Shown: one piece after another, positions 13,176 through 24,109 of the stretch
Position numbering within the stretch: the stretch's first letter is position 1
Layout of the letters: each line of letters opens with the position of its first letter
NCBI RefSeq assembly: GCF_036321535.1
Contig: NC_087436.1
Location: forward strand, 113,896,001 to 113,960,000
Direction of reading: 5' to 3'
Length of the DNA stretch: 64,000 bases
Origin: Camelus dromedarius
Taxonomy: Eukaryota
Notes under the pieces: model-generated
What the model was told of the DNA's origin: nothing
What the model saw: the letters and a program-made list of their open reading frames with translations, nothing else
Database searches by the model: none
Translations under genes and position numbers: made by a program

Positions 13176-15524
13176 ATTAAAATGCTTATGACATACGTAT
13201 ATGCCTGTGTGCATCATTTTAGAACTTCCCCTCTTGGAAGGGAACAAATGTCTTCAACTTTGATAGCAGTGTACAAAATCATTCTGGATGGATCAGCGGA
13301 TAATGTGGGAGGGACCAAAAGGGGGTAAGATAGAATAGGAGAATGGAAGGAGGTGAGAACCACCTGGACAGACTGTAATGGGGAACCTGTCACCAAGAAA
13401 TAAGATCAAAGTCTCAAGCAGGTTTGGGGCTACTAGTTCAGCCCAGTGTCAGATGGGAGAGAAAGCCAGACTTAGCTCTAAAGACCTGGGGAGATGGGAT
13501 GATGAATAGCTTAAGGATAGAGAACAAAATAATGGTCCGTATAAGCACAGAGGAGGGTGGTCCAGCAGAAATATTACGAAGTTCATAATCCTCTAATCAT
13601 ATTCCCTAAGGATATTTATATACAGGAGTCAGTGCATTAATGAGATAAAATGTTATTATGAACCCAAAACAAAAGGTTTTCACTTCTTCAATTCATTAAA
13701 CCCCATTTGCCACAAATTCTTTCTTCTGATACAATATAAGCAAGAAGGAGTGAAGCTGTTTTTGTCCTCTGTCATCCTTTCCTTGTCACTGCCTTTTGAT
13801 TCCTCTGTTTGCTCATCTGTCAGATGCGGATGCACTAAATGCACCTTCCGACACTCTGGCTAGTTGGGAACATCATCAGGCAAGAGAGGGTGTTTTAGGA
13901 TATTTGGTGCTCTTTTCAGATCTTCATTGACTCTCTTCTGCTTTGGAGGCCTTTTGAATAAGGGAAATGAACAAAAGGAAGTGGAAGAGGAAGAATGTTA
14001 GCCCAGATTTCCTAGGAAAAAGCCAAGAGGTGTGGTTAGCATGCTATTTTATTTAGGAGGCGTAACCACGGGGCATCCAGAGTGTGGGAAAGGGAAAGTG
14101 AGACAGGAAACAAATACCAGCTGTCCCCACTCCAAGAAGAAACACAGTCAGAGCTCAGTACAAGGAACACTTCCAGACAGGCATGCAGGAACCCTGTGCC
14201 TCACTTGTTCTGGAGCCAGGAATCAAACAGGAATTAATCTGCCAGCTCCCTTCTGTTTCCTGGCCCACAGTGGTAAAGTCTGCCTCTCAGAGAATTCAGC
14301 CCTGACTCCCGTTAGCACTTACGGGTTGCATCTTCTGAAAACTTTGGGCAGCTTCATTGATGCCAGATTCTTTGCCCTGCCCAGAGACATGCTCTATTGG
14401 AGGCCAGATGCAGTATGAGGAGTCCCTGGATATGGCCTCCAGTGGAGGCACTGCCGATGAGCCCTCCCAGAGTTGGTCAAGATGGCCCCTGCAGTAGAGA
14501 AGACAATAAGGTTCTAGAAACTTGTATGATCCTGATAATGTGGGGTGGCATTCAAGAGATGCCAAATGTAAGGTAAATAGCATTTGTGGAATCTTTTACA
14601 ATGGATAATGTCTCCCATTAATGTTCTCTCCTTTGGTTCTTACAACTTCCCACGGAGTAATCCCGGAGGGGGACCTCAGGATGCCTGCGAGGCATTTCCC
14701 GAACGCTAAGAGCTTCCTTTGAAGCACCCCTGGTTGTTTACATGTCTTCAAAAGTCAATGTGAAAGGAAGAATGCTGACCAAGCCCAATGAGGGAGATTG
14801 AACTTGACCCCACGCTATCACTCTAAATCAATCAATCAGCTGGGGATGCACACCCTTGTCAAAAGACTCAGGGGATAGAACACAGTACGGACAGGTGACT
14901 CTAGCTGTGTGATCTGTAGCTGACCATTCCTTTAAAAAAGATCTAAAGTAAATATGACCACATTAATATTTGTCAGTTAAATACAAACTCCACAAGAGCA
15001 GGAATATTGGTCTATTTGGTTTGTAGATATCCCCAGTTAGCTTGTTCCCAATTGATACTTGTTGAATCCATTCATATGTTCAATCTGGATGCTGAGAAAA
15101 TAAGGATATGTTATTTTCTTTTTCTGTATGTTTAAAATATTTTATTATTATTATTTTGTTGTTGTTTTAAAATGAAGTCTATTAGCATAAAGAAGATGGT
15201 CAATATGCAGGCTTACCAAAATAGAGAGGGATTAGAAGATAAAATTTGACAGATTTATCAAGCATTCCCCAATGAAGACACATGTTTACCTCTTGCTATC
15301 TTTATTTACATATAAACAATGTGATTCAACAAGACTGAGATACTGGCAAAACAAACAGTGAAAATTAGTTCTGGGGCTCAAACTTAGCATCTGCAGGCGG
15401 TAAGAACTTAAACTTTAAGGTCAAATAGACATAAGGTTAAATTTTGGTCTCACATACTTTCATGTGTGTTAGGATGGGAGTTGTTGAATAAGATCAAAGG
15501 ATTTAATAATATTCATGCAATGAA

Positions 15525-15735
15525 AAATAAGTGCCTATTACTATGTGCCAAATATTATATAAAACACCATTCTTTTAAATTTTCACATAGATTCTCTGAG
15601 ATCAACAGATTTAAAAAATGGTACTTCAGAGATGTTCTGTAACTTGACCAAGATCACACAACTATACACCACTAACCGGGGATTTCAAGTATCATGGTCT
15701 GTGAAATGCCAAAACTCATGTTGACCAACAACATG
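15525..15735 (-). mobile_element. MIR fragment
   Basis: ttactatgtgcca...taacttgaccaagatcacacaacta...ggatttcaa. Confidence 0.7.
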
Positions 15736-17879
15736 TCTACTGCCCACAGCCAAACTTAGAGAAGAAGTAGCATCTTGGGTCCAAATCCATGGCTGTCTCA
15801 CTGCATAGTCAGTTGTTCTTTCTCTGTCTTTATCTCTTGCTCTCTCACTATACTTCTCTCTTTCTGTAGGACCTGGAATTTGGATCTGAAGTCTTTGTCA
15901 TTGTCTCATCACCCTTCCCACCTTAGACTTTATATTGAAGGAGAAGGATCCTGCAGTGTACACCAGTGCTCACTCTCTGTTATTATGCCCTGAGAGCTGC
16001 ACACACTAGCTCTCCATGTTTGCAAGGTCCAATTCAGAAAGTCCTAAGAATTCCAAAAAAGATTTTCCTGATGATGTGCAAAGAATCACACTTTGGACAT
16101 CAAACAACCCTTCTCCAACTTTCTTTTTTTTGCTTTTGTTTTCTTAAAGTATAAAGCCCCGATAGATATATATCAGCTCTTAAGGACTTCTAGAAAAAAT
16201 GGTTATAAGCATGTGGATAACAGCATTAAATTTACATAGGGGTGGTTTGGGGTGGGGGGATTGTGTTGTTTTGTTTGTCTTCTGTTTTGCTGTGGCATAT
16301 TTTACCTCCTAAAGTTGGTGGAAGAGGAGCCTGAGGAAAGAGCTGAAGACTGCCTTAAATATTTAATTCCATCTTCAAATCCCACATGTCAGAAGTTTAG
16401 GGTAGACCCATACGTGAGTTCAGCAACCAAAGAAGTTCCAAACCTTGTCCTCCTTTTTTATCTCACATGGCATGAGACTTTCACTTGCTATTTATCTCTC
16501 AAATCCAGCTCTCTGTACAGGAACTAAAATCCCATTTTTCCTAAATGGTTTGGTTTGATGTCACCACCAGAGTGAAGTCATTGTGATTCTCTAGGGCAAA
16601 TTTCTTCCTGGACTATTAATGCCCCATTAGCATCTTTCAAAGCCCGGGGAAACTCTATTCTAGGAAAAGGGAGAGAGGTAGCTAAAAGTGAAAGGCAGAG
16701 TGAAATATGTCCCACCGGCTTTATATAATCCTTTGCTGACACACGATTTCTCAATTAGACAGCCCTGGCCTCCCTTCTTACTGCTGGCAAAGGACAGAAG
16801 TTTCCGTCAAACTGGGAGACAGGCTTGTTCCTTTTGTTGGCTTTGCCTGTCAGCAAAACACACAGAAATGATCCTCAGAGCTTCCCAACTGATGAACAGC
16901 CCAGATGTGATGGAGAAAATTGGTGAAACTGTATTGTAGTTTCAACCAATTAGGAGTTCACTCTGGTTATATAATACTAAATATCATAAAGTCTTGCTTT
17001 TTTTTTAAACTATTAAATATTTGTGACAAATGTATATCTTTTTAACTTCTTACAAGCAATACTGATTCTAAACTGTATGTGTATATACATTTGCATTTAT
17101 ATGTATATAAATTCCACACATATATAAAGTCTATGCACATATACGTATGTGTGTATTCACCCACAGGCACACATATACACACATCAGAGCTAAATATTTC
17201 CTTGCATTTTCACAAAATTTTACCATCTCTTGCTTTTGCTTTATTTCTACTTTGCTGATTCGTCAGCAGCTGCTGCATTGATGAGGATCCTGGGTACAGA
17301 ATTCAAAGGGATAAAAAAAATTGTACTATTAAAGGCTGGGGATATCAGCTGAAGAAGCAGAATAGATCTTGTAAAGTATAAAGAGAAGATTGGAAAGAGG
17401 AGAGCTCTAGCTATCTGGGATCTTAGCATTTCAGAGACTTTTGGAGATTGTGAATGCAAGCCCATGGCAGTAAAATTTAATGTTACTTTTTAATTATTTC
17501 TAAAGTTTGGACTGGAAAATCTTCTGACTGCTCATCTTGCAGAGAGAATCATTAAGCAGCAGCCCAGCTTCATGGGAGCACACATATATATTAATAAACA
17601 GGTATACACATCTACATAAGTATACAAACCCAGGCTATGGCCTTAATTTAAGAGTGATACATACTAATGGCAGCAAATTAGTGATCTCTGTGCTAATGGA
17701 ACTATTTTTCTCAACAGAATTTATTTCAATAAATAATATATTCATTGTGTTTGGAAACAATGCAGTAAATAAAAATGATACTGTATCTCATGAAATATTC
17801 TTGTGAGTTAGTGTCAAGTAAGACAGCATCTATGAGCTCGAGAAACAAAGTGCTGTGACCAAGTCGACCGTCTGCCGTA

Positions 17880-18108
17880 TGACGTTACGGGTAAGGCTGC
17901 AGGCATTAGTGTCAGACTGCCGGCCTTCTAATCTTACTTTCTCACTTACTAGTTATATGACCCTGGACAAGGGACTTCGTGCCTCTGCACCTCAGACTTT
18001 TCATCTGTAAAATGAGGATAACTGTCTTTACGCTGTGTGGCTGATGAAGGCATTAAATGAAGTAACACATCGAAAGCACTTAGAACAAGGACCAGGATAG
18101 CATGAGTG
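17880..18108 (+). mobile_element. MIR, near full length
   Basis: gtcagactgcc...cacttactagttatatgaccctggacaag...cctcagacttttcatctgtaaaatgaggataa...attaaatga...aaagcacttagaaca. Confidence 0.9.
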
Positions 18109-18319
18109 CAGCCTTCTAACCCAGATCTGGTGACCCAGCTCTGCTGTCCATCCAAGAGAGATGATCTTACAACCCACACAAGGGAGTCATAACTACTAGA
18201 GAGCACGTATTTTTTAAGTTTCTAGGGCAGTGTCTGCTATGCCACAGATACTCTGTCCACAAGAGTGCTTTTTCTTTTGCTTGTTGACATAAATTAAATA
18301 GACTAACAATGTGTGTAAT

Positions 18320-18545
18320 AACCATGTGCCTCAAATTTATATGGCACTTTTATACCAATGACTACATTGGCACTTAATCTTTGTGATTCTATCTAATCTT
18401 TCAGGGATCCCAGAATTTAGGGATTAGTATCTACTGGGATGCAGAAAGCATGTCCAACATCCACAGTTAAGGAAGGGTCAGAATCAGTCTTTACCCCTAG
18501 GTCTTCTGGAGATTCAGGGAGTTGATTCTTTCCAGCAAGCTACGT
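18320..18545 (-). mobile_element. MIR3/MIRc-like fragment
   Basis: atttatatggcacttt...acccctaggtcttctg...ttctttcca. Confidence 0.55.
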
Positions 18546-18557
18546 ATCGTCTCTCAC

Positions 18558-18886
18558 TCATTGGAGCATTTTATTTTTATGACTGTCTATGTTAAAATAA
18601 AGGAGAAAAATACAATCTGTTAGCTTCACGCCTGGTGCACTCGAAAGGCTAACTGCATCCCTGAGGTTCGAATCAACACCTTCTCCCATCCCCCATTTGC
18701 TTCTCCTGCCCCAAATCCACCTGAATTTTACTAAGGAAATGTTTAAAAAGGAAAGGAAGGAAGGAAGAAGGAGAGGGAGGGAGGAAGGAAGAAAAGAAGT
18801 ACGAAAGGAAAAGAAAAAAAGAAAAGGCAACGAACGGCACAGCAATGAAAGCTGGTGGCTGAGTGCAGGCAGCCGCCGCCGTCTCT
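18558..18886 (-). other. Candidate first (probably 5' UTR) exon of an unidentified minus-strand gene
   Basis: Begins at an initiator-like CC-A about 30 nt below GATAAAA; ends at a donor-like CAATGA|GTGAGA (GT at 18557-18556); no recognisable interspersed repeat; CpG-retaining. Confidence 0.35.
18745..18828. repeat. GA-rich purine tract (pyrimidine tract on minus strand)
   Basis: aaaaaggaaaggaaggaaggaagaaggagagggagggagg... Confidence 0.9.
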
Positions 18887-19700
18887 GGGGTCCTGATCAG
18901 CGACACCGTCCCTTTTATCTTCCAGCGCCTTAAGCTACTGTGATCTGTTCTGCCTTCTGTGGCTACATATGTCTCCAAGCAGAGCGATGGTTCCTAACAG
19001 CATGAACTCTGCATTATCGTCCCCCCTGCCTTTTGAATCGCTCTAAATTAAGCAGTGGCTTTGAGCATCAGCAGGAGTAAAGGCTGCTCAGTCCCCGTCC
19101 AGCTAGCCTAAAGTTTACAGTGTTTTAAGATCTTCCCAACAAAAAAAGAAGAAACGATATCTAGCTCTCTTCTTTGAAAGTAGCATGAATAATTTGGTTT
19201 TCTTCACACAAGCTTTAGAACCAAGAGATTAGAGCTCGTAAGAGATAAGTAAAATCATTTGTCAAACACTACCCTGTTAGATCTGTTTCCAGTAGAAGGA
19301 GAGATGTGAAATTCTCAACAGGACAGGAAGGAGTTCAGCTGGGCTCTTGTCTTTAGACACAAAAGTAAATGATGGCATCCGAAACTGAGAGCTAGCAGAG
19401 AAAGAACAAAAAACAAAGCAATGAAGGCATTTGCTGGGGATGATTGATAAATTGCCAGCAGTGAAAGGTGAGCCTCTTTAAGCACCGGCGCGCTTGACCC
19501 TGTGCTGACGTTAGCACAGTCCCGGGCAACCGCACCACCTCACAGGCGCACTTCTCACCAGGTCAGTGGCAGCAGTGATCACACAGTGTACAGGCAGCGG
19601 ACGCTGGCTCAGAACGCTGGCACTTGACCTGCATTTCAACTAAGGTAGACAGCATCCCAGGATACCTAGGAAATATCCCCAATCCCTGAGTCAAGACACG
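18830..19700 (-). promoter_or_regulatory. Candidate promoter (CpG-enriched, TATA-like GATAAAA, MARE)
   Basis: About 26 CpGs in 870 bp by hand count, visibly above the rest of the window; no recognisable repeats; minus-strand AGATAAAAGG at 18920-18911; C-MARE-like palindrome at 19500-19519. Confidence 0.55.
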
Positions 19701-20559
19701 TGTGCTGCTCCAAGCTCTGCAGGTAGCCTGGTGGTCTTGTGCCAGTCACTTTCCTTAACTGAAGGAGAAGAGTTTGTCGTTCAACAGTCTTCAGCACCTC
19801 CTATGCACAGAAGTGCACTTCTGGGCATGCAAAGAGAGAAAGGAAGGGACAAGGTGGCCAGAATGTCGACTCCCCTTCCAGCAGCTTTGTATGGAGTGAG
19901 GGAGTGAGACTTGTTTGATCAAAAGGCAAAGAGAGCTGAGGCAGGAAGCCACTGAGTGATGGCCAGGCAACATCACTGTTACACACAGTACAGTTGGAAT
20001 CAGAGTACCATTTTCTAAATCCTGAGTCAGGCATATGGTCAGGGATCTTAATGGGGTCTGAGATTGACGTCCTAACTTCTCCCCCTGCCGCCAGTTCCTT
20101 GCAGTGTCCCCATGATGTGATGGTGCCTTTCCACCAACACATACAATCTGTACCCCATACAGCAGCTGACTTGTTCTGGTACAAATTCTACCATGCTACT
20201 CCCCCTGCATGCAACTTTTTAGTTACATATCTTCCATGCTTTTCTCTTTAAGATAAACTCCAAACACTCCTAACAGGATATGCAAGAACTTTCAACATTT
20301 GGTACTTGCGTTCTCTTCGACCTCACCTCCTCCCTGTCAGCTCCCCATCTATAGAGCTAATTGAAGTTTCCCAGATGGGCGATGCACTCTCTCTGCTCCA
20401 GATCTTTACAAATGCTCTTCCTTCCTTCCAGAAAATACTCATCCCTTCTTCTGGCCAGGTACATACTACTCTAATGTCAGTTAAGATGTCACTTCCTCTA
20501 GAAGAGTCCTTCTCCACCCTGGTTGTACATTGGCATCCTAAGGTTGCATCACCTTAAGA

Positions 20560-20682
20560 GTGTTAAAAAAAAATGCTCCGCTTTACCATTGAATTCAAAA
20601 CTTTCTGGAAAGACTGGGCATCAACTTTCAAAGCTCTTTAAGTGATTCCGCTGTGTAGCCAGCAGGATTTGAGAGCTACCAA
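20560..20682. mobile_element. MER5-like hAT fragment
   Basis: aaagctctttaagtgattccgctgtgtagccagcaggatttgagagctacc. Confidence 0.55.
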
Positions 20683-20738
20683 TACATAGCCTTACTGTCC
20701 CTCTCCCTAATTCTGCAATAGGTATTGTGTCCCCTGTG

Positions 20739-20930
20739 CAGGGGCTAGGAAACTCTTTCTGTAAAGGGCTCTGCAAGTTATACCCTGTCACAGCTACTCA
20801 ATTTTGACTTTGTAGCTTGAGAACAGCTATAAACAATATGGAAACAAATGGACATGGTGTGTACCAATGAAATTTTATTTTCAAAATCAGGCAGCATTCC
20901 AGAGTTTGCTTTCAGGCAGAAGTTTCTCAT
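20739..20930 (+). mobile_element. MER58A hAT MITE
   Basis: caggggctaggaaactctttctgtaaagggc...ctactcaa...cagctataaacaatatg...ccaatgaaattttattt. Confidence 0.85.
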
Positions 20931-21788
20931 ACTAGACTTCAATTGTCTGCATTTATGTCCATCTCCATGCTAGGCAATAACCTCCTGGGAGACAAAGACT
21001 GTCTTCCTCACCTTAGTAGCTTTCCTGCCCAGAGCTGTTCCTGACGTCAACCGGTATTTAATGAATACTTGCTGGGGGCATACCTAAGTGAATAAATGTA
21101 TGGAAGAGGGCAGTGAGCAATGCTTAAATTGTTTTATAGGGCTAGGTTCTTATCAGAAAATGATTGTGGGCTCTGGGTTTATGTAGTAGGTAAACTCCTA
21201 GGAAAAGGAGAGAAGAGCTATTTAAAAACCCCATCTCACAATTATGATTGAGGGTGGAACTTCATTTTTAAAGCCTTTCCCAGTTCAGACAGTCTATGAC
21301 ATATGAATCATCTCCTAGAAAAATGCTATTGACAAGTATTTGTTCAGATAAAGTAAAGAATTCCATCCCAGCTTCCTTTTCTCCATTCCCTAATGACTCA
21401 CCCGGAAATGTGCTAACGGCAGCCAAAGAATCATGCAGAGGGTCTTAACACTGTTCGTTATCTTATTTACATACATCCCCCCTACACACACGTCCATTGA
21501 TCTTAGGTACAGATAGCTTATTGATCTTACTGAAACAGTACAGTATGTTACATATGATTCCTCTTCCCCAAATTTTACCACAGTTAGCTGTTACTTCAGG
21601 CTTAAGTCTAAAAGTATCAACTTAGCCTCACAAATCTTTCACATTCTTTCCTGACTCATTTATTTTGAGAAGGCACAGCCTCAAAAGTTTCTCAAAGTGC
21701 TTCAGGTCAGTCTGAATCAAGAATCCAGGGTGAGGGTCAGGTTCACAGCAGTGCCAATATAACTCGTCTTAGCACCGATGGAGGGAGA

Positions 21789-21826
21789 TCTCTCTCTCTC
21801 TTTCTCTCTCTCTCTCACACACATAC
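21789..21826. repeat. (TC)n(AC)n microsatellite
   Basis: Directly visible. Confidence 0.85.
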
Positions 21827-22029
21827 CAATTGTAATCTGCTTAAGAGTTAAAATAGTCCCCATGTAATTATCCATGTGATTATCCATGTGATCTTGCACA
21901 CATTATTTAACCTCTCTGAACTTTAGTTTCCAAATCCTCAACATTACTGAGTCATAAAGCTGTCATACACATTGAGAGGTGATGCGTGTTGGCATATAGA
22001 CAGTTCCCCAGGGGTTACCATTAATGTGT

Positions 22030-22240
22030 TATTATTTTTATAGCCTTTGACCATCTCCAAAACCTTGTGAGATAGTCAATGCAGGGCTAATTAATTCTTT
22101 TGTGTGTGTTTGGGGTGGGAGGTGAGAAAACAAAAACCCAGAGAAGTTAGGCCATTTGCTCAAGATCACAGAGCTACTATAGCATTAAGCAATAATTAGA
22201 CCTAAGCCTTCTCATTCCTGGGGATTTTCCCAACATACTC
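22030..22240 (-). mobile_element. MIR fragment
   Basis: aaccttgtgagatag...agagaagttaggccatttgctcaagatcacagagcta. Confidence 0.7.
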
Positions 22241-24109
22241 TACTCCTTGTGAGACTTGACCTGTTTGGGAAATATTATGGTAAAGTAACCCATAGGTTAT
22301 TTTAACTAAAATTGTACTGTTACTATTATGGGATTAGAATTTTTTTCCATGTAAGTACAATTAGAAGAAGATGAATATCTGGGGGTCAACAGCCTTTATC
22401 AAGCTGCATGTCACTGAGCAGACAAATAATCCTCTCGTTTCCTAAGTTTCCTCATCTATAAACAGACAATGTTGGGTAATATTATCCTTCAGGTCTGATC
22501 CTGTTCCAGTATTTTAAAAGTTGTCCATTTTCTGGGCTCTGGATTCTTAATTACTGATGCTAATAGGAAGAGGAAGTGATAGGGTAATTGAAATTCACAG
22601 ATAATCCCTCAAATCCTTGACTACCAGCCTTCATCCTTTCATTTCAGTTGGTGATAAGTAGATGTAACTGACTGATTTGAGCTGGATCTTCCTTCTGATC
22701 TTATTCATCCTCAGGAGGAAAGGACTAATGAGCAGAAAAATTGCCAAACTGGAGGAGGGAGACGCACAAACAAAGTCATCAGTGCTCCGGAAGTTGGTTC
22801 TTTCTTTCTTGAGTTACTGAAAGTGTCTCTACAGTTTTGCCTAATGATTTGAAAAGGTGTGTTCCTGAGGACTCGTTGCAAAACAAATTTCTGTAAACAA
22901 AATCACATGTTTTATGCAGTGATGAGTTGAATTAAAACAAAACAAAACAAAACAAAAAACAAACAAAAACCCTGTGCTGAACTTTTGCCTGCATCCTTCC
23001 AATCACATAAACGTCATTTTCCTTTTCTGTCAGGTGGAAACAACACCAATAGTAGAGGGAAAGTAAACACATGCAGGCAGCACTCAGAATTCATCAAAAT
23101 TTGATGCCTTTGCCTTTGATGGTACAGTTTGCAATTTATATATTTTGGGGAAAGAGATTTAAAAATATGTGGTTTCCTTAAAAAGTGAAAAACGGCTCTG
23201 AACATGAAAGTTGGGTATATTACAGAAAGAACAGGGTATCAATTAGTATACAGAGAGGTGATGGTAAAATATTTCCTTACGTAGAAAGAAGACAAACATT
23301 TCCAGATTATAGTTTCTGCAAAATATAGCAAGTGCAGACTTATGTTTGCTAAGCTGGTTATAAAGCTATCATTGTAAAGGCAGCAAGTGAAGCAATATAA
23401 GAAACTGTTTGAGGATAGTGAATCCTAGTCTGGTACCAAATCCCAGTTCTGGTCCTTAGCAGTGCTTTAGTATTTCTATCTAAACATGTGACATACACGC
23501 ATCTCATTTCTGTACATTGTCATCTCTTAAACTTCAAACATTGCTGTGAAATATAAAACATCATTATTTCCCATTGGGAGGGCAGAAGTGGTCTTTCTGA
23601 CTGAAAATCTTTGTTCTAGGCGTGTCTACATCTTCACACAGGCCAAGGTTGAGGTGACAAGTGACAAGCCTGGCTTGGGTCCCCAGCCCTCTGAGGATGA
23701 GTTTTGCCTCTGTTTTTATTTTAATCTTGGCAGCCACTGGATATGAATGCTGCTGTGATTCTTGCAAGGCTTTGGATGTGTTTGGGAGCCAGTTCCCCAG
23801 ACTTGTTTGAAATTCATATTTATTTGATTGCTTTTTAAAAAGTAAGAAACAAACAAATGTTTGGACAACAAACTCGGGCTTATCTTTTATTCAACAGAAT
23901 AGGGAACTCATCTGGTATGAAAGGATTAATGTTTTAAAGAGCCTCTTTTCAGGATCACGGGAAGCTTCTACTCTGATGTAACCGATTCAGTCTAGCCAGT
24001 GAAAACAAGATGGTCTGTTTTTTCACATCCTCTCAAATTCTGGGTTATATCATTTAACATTTGCAAACCCCATGGGCTAAGCAGTTTCTTATTGTGAGTG
24101 TAAGAGAGG

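Larger units (their letters stand above)
20110..21100 (+). mobile_element. L2 3' region interrupted by MER5-like and MER58A elements
   Basis: gataaactccaaacactcctaaca, ctttacaaatgctcttccttccttccagaaaa, aaagactgtctt, atgaatacttgctg. Confidence 0.7.

Noticed and set aside
18615..18690. tRNA gene
   Set aside because: B-box present, but acceptor, anticodon and T stems do not pair
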